NCBI GenBank assembly: GCA_050251055.1
Contig: JBFWNL010000001.1
Coordinates: forward strand, 555,825 to 619,824
Length of the DNA: 64,000 nt
Direction of reading: 5' to 3'
DNA from: Bacteriovoracia bacterium
GTDB taxonomy: Bacteria > Bdellovibrionota > UBA1018 > JBFWNL01
Part shown: in pieces, positions 36,606-44,727 of the stretch
Layout of the letters: every line of letters starts with the position of its first letter
Position numbering within the stretch: position 1 is the first letter of the stretch
The notes under the pieces: generated by a model
What the model saw: only the letters and a program-made list of their open reading frames with translations
Database searches by the model: none
What the model was told of the DNA's origin: nothing
Made by a program: the position numbers and the translations under genes

Positions 36606-37460
36606 ATGCTGCAAGTTGGCGTGGGTCTGCGCAAAGACCACTACGAACACATTTTCGAACACCGACCCCAAGTGGGGTGGTTTGAAGCCATCAGCGAAAA
36701 CTTCATGGGTATTCATTCCGCACCCACGGGCGGTCGCCCGTTATGGACGCTCGAACGCATCCGGCGGGATTACCCCGTCGTGCTGCACGGGGTTTCACTT
36801 TCGATCGGTTCGGCCGATCCGGTGGACGCGGCTTATCTCAAACGCCTGGCCGATCTCTACGAGCGCGTGCAACCCGCCTGGGTCTCCGATCATCTTTGCT
36901 GGACCGGCGTGGATGGCGAAAATCTCCACGACCTGCTTCCGCTTCCTTTCACCCGGGAGGCGCTCGATCACGTAGTCACGAAGGTGAGCCAGGTCCAGAC
37001 CGCGCTCAAACGACGAATCCTACTAGAAAACGTTTCTAGCTACGTCACGTTTCCAGATTCCGAGATGACCGAGTGGGAGTTCCTGGCCGAAATCGCGCGC
37101 CGCTCAGGCTGCGGGATCCTGCTCGATCTGAACAATGTTTTCGTCAGCGCGAAGAACCACGGATTCTCCGCAAAGGAATTCATCCAGGGTATCCCCACCG
37201 GGTCCGTGGGCCAGTTTCATTTGGCCGGACATTCGGATCGCGGCTCGTTCCTGTTCGATACCCACGATCATCCGGTCTGCGACGAAGTTTGGGCCCTTTA
37301 TCGAGAGGCATTAAAGAAGTTCGGCCCCGTACCCACGCTCATCGAATGGGATGACCGCATCCCTCCCTTCCCGGAGCTCATGCGGGAAGCCTCCAAGGCC
37401 GAGACCATCTGGCGAACGCAATTCCCCATGCAGGAGGCTCCCCATGTCTCGCCTCATTGA
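36606..37460 (+). CDS. DUF692 family multinuclear non-heme iron oxidative enzyme (MNIO, BufB-like)
   Basis: GVGLR, FEAISENF, LHGVSLSIGS, SDHLCW, DLLPLP, LLENVSSY, LLDLNN, HLAGH, DTHD, LIEWD. Confidence 0.96.
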   Translation: MLQVGVGLRKDHYEHIFEHRPQVGWFEAISENFMGIHSAPTGGRPLWTLERIRRDYPVVLHGVSLSIGSADPVDAAYLKRLADLYERVQPAWVSDHLCWTGVDGENLHDLLPLPFTREALDHVVTKVSQVQTALKRRILLENVSSYVTFPDSEMTEWEFLAEIARRSGCGILLDLNNVFVSAKNHGFSAKEFIQGIPTGSVGQFHLAGHSDRGSFLFDTHDHPVCDEVWALYREALKKFGPVPTLIEWDDRIPPFPELMREASKAETIWRTQFPMQEAPHVSPH

Positions 37461-38277
37461 AACCCAGCGCTGGGTGAAATGGGCGATGACCTACCAGGCA
37501 CCACTTACAAAGCTACCCGCCCGAGGCCCCGGAAATCAAAGTGCGACGGATGTCGTACGCGCCTTTCGGGGAGGAATTCCTATCGACGGCCTCGCCGTTT
37601 ATCAAGACGGCTACTTCGCTCGACTCGGAGATGCGCTCAAGGACGATTTCGAATGCGTTCACAAGCTCCTGGGCGAGCAAAACTTCGCGCTCCTAGGCAT
37701 GGCGTACCTCGATCAACATCCGTCCCATAGCTTCACCCTGGGTGATATCGGGGCGGATTTCATCGCCTTCGTCACACGGCATCCGCTCGCCGAAGCGCGT
37801 CCCGTGCTCCTGGACGCAGCCCGGCTCTGCACCGCCGTCAACCGTACTTTCTACACCCCTTACCTGCCGCGGTTTAACCCAGCCCGGCTCGGGGAAGTTC
37901 CCGCCGAAGCCTGGGCATCGGCCACGCTTTCGCTGGATCCTTCGGTGTGTGTGCTCGAATCTCGGTGGATGCTCGATCGACTTTGGGAAGCCCGACGCGA
38001 AGCCGAACCCTATTCCGACGCGTGGCTCGCCCCCGCGGAGACTCCCGGCCACTATCTCATTTTCCGCCACGACTCCACTGGCCAAGACCACGGCGGTTTC
38101 CCAGTGGTAACTCGATTACTTCTCGCTCAGGCTCGTTTCCTGGAGGAAATCGCCCGGGGCGCTTCCTTGGGCGACGCGTGCGAAGCGATCGATGCCGCGG
38201 GTGAAACCGAGATCATGGAGTGGTTCACCGCCTGGGTGCAAACCGGCGTCATCCGCAGCGTGCACTTTTCGCATTAA
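37444..38277 (+). CDS. DUF2063-type MNIO partner protein (BufC/HvfC-like)
   Basis: GLAVYQDGYFARLGDALKDDF...LLGEQNF...YLDQHPS..FTLGDIGADF pattern. ATG 37444 overlaps the end of DUF692. Confidence 0.85.
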   Translation: MSRLIETQRWVKWAMTYQAPLTKLPARGPGNQSATDVVRAFRGGIPIDGLAVYQDGYFARLGDALKDDFECVHKLLGEQNFALLGMAYLDQHPSHSFTLGDIGADFIAFVTRHPLAEARPVLLDAARLCTAVNRTFYTPYLPRFNPARLGEVPAEAWASATLSLDPSVCVLESRWMLDRLWEARREAEPYSDAWLAPAETPGHYLIFRHDSTGQDHGGFPVVTRLLLAQARFLEEIARGASLGDACEAIDAAGETEIMEWFTAWVQTGVIRSVHFSH

Positions 38278-38343
38278 TCCGTTGTCTTTGAGGGTTAACT
38301 GCTAAATAATTTTGGAACTATCAAAACTCAAAGGAGTCTCTTC

Positions 38344-38952
38344 ATGTATCAGCATGCACTTACGGTTTTTTGCGCTTTCTTAATCGCCGGCCTCGCTAAC
38401 GCCCAGGCCGCTACTTACAACATCGATCCGGCTCACTCGAGCGTGAACTTCAAGATCCGCCACCTCGTCTCCAAGACGCGCGGCAAATTCGACAAGTTCA
38501 CCGGTACGTTCGAGTACCACAAAGACAAGCTCGCCGATTCCAAGCTCATGGGCACGGTCGAAACCGCGAGCATCAATACCGATAACCAGAAGCGTGATGA
38601 ACATCTGCGCTCGGACGACTTCTTTGCCGCGAAGAAGTTTCCGAAAATCGAATTCGTCAGCACCAAGTTCACCGACCAGAAAGACGGCAAGGCGACGATC
38701 GAGGGAAACATCACGATCAAGGGCGTGACTAAGCCCATCACGCTCGCGGCGGAAATCGGCGGCGAAGCGAAGGACCCCTGGGGCAATCAAGTCGTCGGAT
38801 TTTCCGCGACCGGGAAGCTGAATCGGAAGGACTTCGGCATCGTTTGGAACAAAACCCTCGACGCCGGCGGCTTGATGCTCGGCGAAGACGTCGAAATCGC
38901 CCTCGAATTCGAAGGCGGCGCGGCGAAAACCGACGCCCCTAAGAAAAAGTAG
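38344..38952 (+). CDS. yceI: YceI family periplasmic polyisoprenoid/lipid-binding protein
   Basis: Signal peptide, YNIDPAHSSVNFKIRH, RDEHLRSDDFF, TIKGVTK, DPWG, RKDFG. Confidence 0.95.
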   Translation: MYQHALTVFCAFLIAGLANAQAATYNIDPAHSSVNFKIRHLVSKTRGKFDKFTGTFEYHKDKLADSKLMGTVETASINTDNQKRDEHLRSDDFFAAKKFPKIEFVSTKFTDQKDGKATIEGNITIKGVTKPITLAAEIGGEAKDPWGNQVVGFSATGKLNRKDFGIVWNKTLDAGGLMLGEDVEIALEFEGGAAKTDAPKKK

Positions 38953-38993
38953 TGAACCCGTAGTAAAACCCTCATTCTAAGAAAGGAATGATC

Positions 38994-39260
38994 ATGAATA
39001 AGAAGCAAATGTTGGTTTTGGCGGCCGTAGCGGCCGGTTTGGCTGCCAGCCCCGCGATGGCGAAGGACGCCAAGGCGAAAGGCAAAAAAGCCGCCGCCGA
39101 GATGAAGTGCGAAGGTGGCAACGCGTGCAAAGGCCATAGCGATTGCAAGGGCGCGTCCCACGAATGCAAAGGCCACAACGAGTGCAAGGGCCAGGGCTGG
39201 GTACACACGAAGGACCAAGCCGCTTGCGACGAAGCTAAGGCTAAAGCCCACGGCGCCTAA
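38994..39260 (+). CDS. Exported Cys-rich RiPP precursor 1 (bufferin BufA2-like)
   Basis: Signal peptide ending AMA, core KCEGGNACKGHSDCKGASHECKGHNECKGQGW...AC (6 Cys). ATG 38994 is better spaced from the AAAGGA SD than 38988. Confidence 0.88.
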   Translation: MNKKQMLVLAAVAAGLAASPAMAKDAKAKGKKAAAEMKCEGGNACKGHSDCKGASHECKGHNECKGQGWVHTKDQAACDEAKAKAHGA

Positions 39261-39278
39261 GCCCTCCAGGAGAACACC

Positions 39279-39596
39279 ATGAACTTCAAACTTGAGAAAG
39301 CAGTGTTAATCGCCGCCGTAGCGGGCTTGATGGGCCACGGCGCGAGCTTGCGGGCCGACGACGCCGCGGCCCCCGCCGCCGGGGCGGCGGACGCCAAGGT
39401 GGAATGCCACGGCGTGAATGCCTGCAAGGGCAAGGGCGAATGCGGAAGCAAGGAAGAAGGCCATGGTTGCGCAGGCCTCAACTCCTGCAAAGGCAAGGGC
39501 TGGATTAGCCTGACCCAGAAGGAATGCGATGCCCGCAAAGCCGGTGCGGCCAAGGGCGGCAAGTCCAAGGGTAAGGGCAAAACCAAGACCTCTTGA
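39279..39596 (+). CDS. Exported Cys-rich RiPP precursor 2 (bufferin BufA2-like)
   Basis: AGGAG SD, signal peptide, core ECHGVNACKGKGECG...HGCAGLNSCKGKGW...EC (6 Cys), and a Lys/Gly tail. Confidence 0.88.
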   Translation: MNFKLEKAVLIAAVAGLMGHGASLRADDAAAPAAGAADAKVECHGVNACKGKGECGSKEEGHGCAGLNSCKGKGWISLTQKECDARKAGAAKGGKSKGKGKTKTS

Positions 39597-39605
39597 CGGT
39601 ATTTT

Positions 39606-39666
39606 GACGCCCCCGCGAAGGACAAACGCCGACGGGTGATTGTCTTTTGCGGGGGCGTTTGTTTTT
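39606..39666 (+). terminator. Intrinsic terminator after the precursor genes
   Basis: GACGCCCCCGCGAAGGACAA ... TTGTCTTTTGCGGGGGCGTT long stem followed by TGTTTTT. Confidence 0.8.
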
Positions 39667-39687
39667 GTGCTAGCATTGAACTCGGGT

Positions 39688-40473
39688 ATGCAGCAGGAAG
39701 ACTTTCGAGATATCGCCCTCATCGCCAACGGACTCTGGGGAGAGTCGCACCGCTCGGTCGCAGCCTCTCAGGAAACTGCGGCGGCCGTCTGCTTGCTCGA
39801 CCTTCCCGAAGACCGCACGCTCGAGCGAGTGTCGCTCGCGATGCTGGATCGAGCCCGGCGGGAAGGTGCCTCGGCGAATCCCACCCTACTGAACAATCCC
39901 TTCTACCGGTTGCACGCCGAAGAGCGTCTCATCCTCACGGCCCTGCATTTTTCCCGCTGGTCTTACGCCCGTCTCGCCCGGATACTGGGGGACACGCCGG
40001 AAGCCATCGAGATGACCGCTTGGCAGGCCCGCCTGCTGCTCGCCTCAACGAATCCACAGCGAAGCGGCAAGCCCCTCTTTTTTCCAGCGGGCTTGAATCG
40101 AGGGCCGCATTGTCCGGACTACAACCTGCGCGCCCCGTGGACCCAACGGTTCTTGGATGAAGAACTCGATCCGCAGCGGCGAATCTTTCTCCAAAGCCAT
40201 CTGGCCAACTGTCCGGGTTGCCGCCAATCCTTGAATCTAGGCCGAGAAGTGTATTACACGGCCGAGTCCATGCTCCCCCATCTGCGGGGTTCCGCCTCGG
40301 TGGAAGAAACGCTCGCGGCGACGCGCCGAGGTTTCCGCCGGATACGGGCCCGCCGCGTGGGCGATGATTTCACGCTTTGGCAAAGCCTAGTGATCTTCTT
40401 CGGGCGTGAAGACATCCGTCGCACCGCCGTGATCGCCGGGGCCGCGCTGATCCTGCTGAAGCTGTTTACTTAG
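39688..40473 (+). CDS. Sigma70 region-4-like / zinc-finger (zf-HC2) anti-sigma-like fusion with C-terminal TM helix
   Basis: LHAEERLILTALHFSRWSYARLARILG..AR (sigma4-like), FLDEEL...HLANCPGC (HxxxCxxC ZAS), hydrophobic C-terminus. ATG 39688. Confidence 0.7.
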   Translation: MQQEDFRDIALIANGLWGESHRSVAASQETAAAVCLLDLPEDRTLERVSLAMLDRARREGASANPTLLNNPFYRLHAEERLILTALHFSRWSYARLARILGDTPEAIEMTAWQARLLLASTNPQRSGKPLFFPAGLNRGPHCPDYNLRAPWTQRFLDEELDPQRRIFLQSHLANCPGCRQSLNLGREVYYTAESMLPHLRGSASVEETLAATRRGFRRIRARRVGDDFTLWQSLVIFFGREDIRRTAVIAGAALILLKLFT

Positions 40474-40480
40474 ACCACGG

Positions 40481-41083
40481 TTAGGGCCACAGGTCGTCGG
40501 CCGGCTTCTCTAACTTCGCCAGACTCTCTTCGAACTTCGTCAACTTCGCTCGATGCCGGTCTTCAATCGCCTTTCGCTTGACCTGAATTTCCCGGGTCCG
40601 CGATAGTCGATCCTTAGCCACTAAGTCGACGTGAGCGCGGCGAGCCTGTTCTTGCTCAAGCAAGAACTGCCGGCGCTCGGAAGGACCTCGATTCGCCTCG
40701 AAAAACTCCTGCTTTCGGCGGGCCTGCTCGGCCTCCCAAGCACGAAGCACGGCCGCTTCGTCGGCTTTCATTTCTGCCAGCTCTAGCTCGTTTTGGTGAT
40801 CAAAGGCTTTCAGCCGCGATGCGATCGCCCGCTGGAATTCGGCGCGCAGTTGGCGGGCGTCCTCCGCGGTAATTTTCACCGGCGCGGGCTTCGGCGGTTC
40901 GGCCGCTAGGCGCGCGGCCTTTTCTTTCTCGGAAGGTTCGGGCGGACCGAAGATCTCGCGGGTGCCTTCGCCCCACGCGACTTCGGCCGGGAACAAACCC
41001 AGCCGAAGCCCGTAGGCGATGGAAGAAAAAAACCAAAAAATCCGGGTGGCGCTACTTAATGATCTGAACCTTAGCAATGGCAT
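40481..41083 (-). CDS. Hypothetical coiled-coil protein with N-terminal signal-like segment
   Basis: 200-aa ORF with an E/R/K/A-rich helical body. Start uncertain. Confidence 0.65.
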   Translation of the reverse strand: MPLLRFRSLSSATRIFWFFSSIAYGLRLGLFPAEVAWGEGTREIFGPPEPSEKEKAARLAAEPPKPAPVKITAEDARQLRAEFQRAIASRLKAFDHQNELELAEMKADEAAVLRAWEAEQARRKQEFFEANRGPSERRQFLLEQEQARRAHVDLVAKDRLSRTREIQVKRKAIEDRHRAKLTKFEESLAKLEKPADDLWP

Positions 41084-42761
41084 AGCCCCAGCCGACCACG
41101 CTGTAATCGCTCGTCAGGCGAATTCTTAAGTTTTCGCCCGCCACATGCTCGCTGACGTAATCGGTATGGGATCCCGAGATCGTTTCGACGATTTGGCCTT
41201 CGGCCGTCTCGATCGTCACCGGGTCATATTCGGCTTCCGTATCGATCTTTGAAAATATCACGCGGACATACTTCGCGCCCGGCTGCGTGATCACATACTC
41301 CAACGTTTGATTGAGTTCGTACGGATGCGCGGTTTCGTAGTTGAGCTCCACGTCCTGCCATTCATCCGGCTTCGGCCCGTCTTTCGGCGGATAGAACCCC
41401 TTCATAGCGTTGTCGGTGCTGATCCGGCCTTCGGCCACGAGCTTGTTTTTCAATCCCGCGATCGGCTCGCTCGACTTAATCAAACGGGTCTTGAGCTCGC
41501 CGTAGGTCCACTCGGGATGCACGGAAAGCATCAACGCCGCCGCGCCCGCCACGTGGGGGGTCGCCATCGAGGTACCGCTGAAAGAGGCGTATTTGCCACC
41601 CTTCGTCGTGCTGTACACGTTCACGCCCGGAGCTGCCACGTGAACCGTGGTCTTGCCGTAGTTCGAGAACTTGGCCAGCACGTCGAGGTTGTCCAATGCC
41701 GCCACGGAAAGCACGTTGTCGACCTTGTAATTCGATGGATAGTGCGGTCGCGCGTCGTTATCGCCAGCGTTGTTGCCGGCGGCCGCGACGAAGAGGATGC
41801 CGGCTTTCTCGGCCGCTTTGATCGCGTCCTCAAGCGCCTTGGAAGCGCCGCCCCCACCCCAGCTATTGCTCATCACGTTCACCTTCATCAGGGTCGCGTA
41901 GTTAATCGAGTCGACGGCGTCTTCCGTGGTGCCACTGCCGTTCGCCGCCAGGAACTTGATTGGCATGAGCGATACATTCCAGTTCACGCCCGCCACGCCG
42001 ATCTTGTTGTCGCCAACGGCGCCGATCGTGCCCGCGCAGTGCGAGCCGTGATCGTGATCATCCGACGAGTTGGCGTTGTCGCCCGCGAAGTTCCAGCCGT
42101 GGACGTCGTCGATGAAACCGTTGCCGTCATCGTCCTTACCGTTATCCGGGATTTCGTTCGGGTTCGTGTAGAGGTTGGCCTCCAGATCCGGATGCGTCCA
42201 GTCGATGCCCGTGTCGATCACCGCCACCACGACTTTCTTGCTACCCGTCACGCCCGCGTCCCAAAGCTTGGCGACTTGGATATCAGATCCCGCTTTACCC
42301 TTCTGGCCCTTGGGATCTTCTTGGCCCGTATTGTTCAAACCCCAGCATTTTCCGAAATCGGCGTCATTCGGCATCGCCTGCGCCGAGAGGTCGGTCGTGC
42401 GGTAGATGTAGTTTGGCTCCGCATACGCCACCGCGGAATCCGCTTGCAGCGCCGCGATGGCTTTCGCGAGCTGGCCATCGGACGCGATCTTTACGGTGTG
42501 CATACTCGCGTCGGTGCGGGAAGCGCGCACGTCCAGTACCGCTTGCTCTCCTAGCGTCCGCGCCAAGCTTGCCGTCACCACCGAGCGCGCGGCCATTAAA
42601 CCCTGTCCATCGTGCAACTTAACGATGATTTCGCCCGGTACGTGCTCCGCGTACAAATCCGTCGTCGCGGCGGCTTCGTGAAACGAGCCCGCGCCCACGC
42701 CAGCAAGTAACGCCGCCGAAGCAAAGAGTCCTAGTAGTTTTTTTGAAATTCCTTTTGCCAT
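41052..42761 (-). CDS. Secreted S8 subtilisin-like serine protease with C-terminal CUB-like domain (paralog 1)
   Basis: VIDTG (Asp), HGSHCAGT (His), GTSMATPH (Ser), propeptide, tail ETAHPY..DTEAEYD..LTSDYSV.GWG. ATG 42761 with GGAGGG SD. Confidence 0.95.
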   Translation of the reverse strand: MAKGISKKLLGLFASAALLAGVGAGSFHEAAATTDLYAEHVPGEIIVKLHDGQGLMAARSVVTASLARTLGEQAVLDVRASRTDASMHTVKIASDGQLAKAIAALQADSAVAYAEPNYIYRTTDLSAQAMPNDADFGKCWGLNNTGQEDPKGQKGKAGSDIQVAKLWDAGVTGSKKVVVAVIDTGIDWTHPDLEANLYTNPNEIPDNGKDDDGNGFIDDVHGWNFAGDNANSSDDHDHGSHCAGTIGAVGDNKIGVAGVNWNVSLMPIKFLAANGSGTTEDAVDSINYATLMKVNVMSNSWGGGGASKALEDAIKAAEKAGILFVAAAGNNAGDNDARPHYPSNYKVDNVLSVAALDNLDVLAKFSNYGKTTVHVAAPGVNVYSTTKGGKYASFSGTSMATPHVAGAAALMLSVHPEWTYGELKTRLIKSSEPIAGLKNKLVAEGRISTDNAMKGFYPPKDGPKPDEWQDVELNYETAHPYELNQTLEYVITQPGAKYVRVIFSKIDTEAEYDPVTIETAEGQIVETISGSHTDYVSEHVAGENLRIRLTSDYSVVGWGYAIAKVQIIK

Positions 42762-43059
42762 CTTTCCCTCCGTTGGAAATCGCGCTTGCGCCTGCTTGGG
42801 CAAGCAAATCAAAGCTCGGTGGCACCCGACGACAACAGCACAACCAAGCCCTGAATTGCTTGGACACCGGGACCTCGCCTAGAGAACCCGCTGTCCAGCA
42901 GCTTTCGGCGCGCGTCCATGCATCACCAAAAATAAGAAACAGTGAAATCTTAACGAAGCGGGAAGCAGAGTCAATGGGCCGACGCTCGCGCGAGTGAATA
43001 AACCGTTAACGACACCGGATCGTCGGTTTTTTGACGCTCAGACGGCGCGGGGACGGACT

Positions 43060-44727
43060 TCATGGAATGAAGTCGACGCGATCAATCTTGAATCCATACC
43101 CGGGAGAATCGCCAGAGGGGCTTTTCAGCCGGACCACGACCGTGTCCCCGTCTAGGTAGTCACTGGTAACCACCGCGTGCTCGCCCGACCAGGACTGATA
43201 CGCGTCGCCTTCGGGGGTCTCCAACGTGACTACGTCCCGCGGATTCCGCGTTTCGATACGCTCAAAATGCACCCGAATCTTGCGGGCTCCCGCGCGACGA
43301 ACGACAAACGAATAGTTCTTATAGATTTTGTACGGATGCGGGCTCTCGAAAACCTCCAGCTCGCGTTTCCAATCACCCTCGGCAGGATCCGTCCGGTCGG
43401 GAAATACTCCGTCCAACGCGTGCTCCGCATTCACGCGGCCCCGGGCGGCGACTTCGCGCCGGAGCTGAGGGACCGGGTCGCTCGCACGGATCAAACGGTC
43501 CTTAATCTCGGCAAACGTCCATTCTGGACGGGCGGCCCAAAGCAACGCGGCCACCCCCGCCACGTGCGGCGTTGCCATCGAGGTTCCGCTCATGTTCGCG
43601 TACGTCTTTTGGTTGGTCGTACTGAGCACGTAGAGTCCTGGCGCCGCCACGTGCACGGAGCGCGCGCCCCGATTGGAAAACGACGCCAGCTGATCGCGGT
43701 TGTCCGTCGCCGCTACCGTCACCACGTTCGTCAGCGAATAACTCGCCGGATAGCGCGGGGTCTCGTCGATATTGTCCGCCTCGTTACCCGCGGCCACGAC
43801 GAAGAGAATGCCCGCGTCGCGAGCAGCGGCGATCTCCTCCTCCAATGCCTTTGAGTAAGTATCCCCTCCCCAACTGTTGCTCATGATGTGAACGCCGAGC
43901 TTTCGTGCGTAATACACGGACTCGATCGCATCCTCGGTCGAGCCATAGCCGCTGGAATTCAGGAACTTCACCGGTACGAGGGCAACCCGCCAATTCACCC
44001 CCACCACGCCAATCTGATTGTCGCCGACCGCGCCGATCGTGCCGGCGCAGTGGCTCCCGTGCCCATGGTCGTCGTCGGAGGCGCCTGAGTTCTTAATCGC
44101 GTTCCAACCATGGACGTCGTCCACGTAGCCGTTGCCGTCGTCGTCCTTACCGTTACCGGGGATCTCCCCCGGATTCCGGTAGAGGTTCGCTGCCAGATCG
44201 GGATGGTCGTGATCGATGCCCGTGTCGATCACGGCAACCTTCACCTCGCGGCTGCCCACGAGCCCCCGCTCCCAAAGCCGGGTGACCCGGACATCGGAAC
44301 CGGGTTTTCCGACTTGCCGACCCGGATCTTTTTGGCCGGTATTCTGGAGCCCCCAAAGCAGGGGCAGTCCTTTGTCGTTCGGCAGGCCACCCACCGTTTG
44401 GATTCGATAGAACGCCTGCGGCTCGGCGTACCGGACTTCGGGCATTTCACGTATCGCGCGTAGAGCAGGAGCGAAATTTGAGGCGCGCTCAACGCGGACG
44501 ACCGCAAGCGGGCGATCCGTGCGAACGCGACGAATCTCGGTAAAGCCCCGGTAGCCCAAGGCGGCATCCAAACGACGAGCCAACTCCCCTTCCACAAGTC
44601 CCGGTTGATCTTGATGAAAGCGCACGAGGATCTCGCGCGACACTGGCAGTTCCGCCACCGGAAAGGGCACGACCGCTTCGGCCGTGGCCGCACTCACGAG
44701 CCCCAGCAGGAACAAGCCACGCCTCAC
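43060..44727 (-). CDS. Secreted S8 subtilisin-like serine protease with C-terminal CUB-like domain (paralog 2)
   Basis: Same triad motifs and ESPHPY tail. GTG 44727 overlaps the recJ stop (GTGA) and begins signal peptide MRRGLFLLGLVSAATAEA. Confidence 0.93.
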   Translation of the reverse strand: MRRGLFLLGLVSAATAEAVVPFPVAELPVSREILVRFHQDQPGLVEGELARRLDAALGYRGFTEIRRVRTDRPLAVVRVERASNFAPALRAIREMPEVRYAEPQAFYRIQTVGGLPNDKGLPLLWGLQNTGQKDPGRQVGKPGSDVRVTRLWERGLVGSREVKVAVIDTGIDHDHPDLAANLYRNPGEIPGNGKDDDGNGYVDDVHGWNAIKNSGASDDDHGHGSHCAGTIGAVGDNQIGVVGVNWRVALVPVKFLNSSGYGSTEDAIESVYYARKLGVHIMSNSWGGDTYSKALEEEIAAARDAGILFVVAAGNEADNIDETPRYPASYSLTNVVTVAATDNRDQLASFSNRGARSVHVAAPGLYVLSTTNQKTYANMSGTSMATPHVAGVAALLWAARPEWTFAEIKDRLIRASDPVPQLRREVAARGRVNAEHALDGVFPDRTDPAEGDWKRELEVFESPHPYKIYKNYSFVVRRAGARKIRVHFERIETRNPRDVVTLETPEGDAYQSWSGEHAVVTSDYLDGDTVVVRLKSPSGDSPGYGFKIDRVDFIP

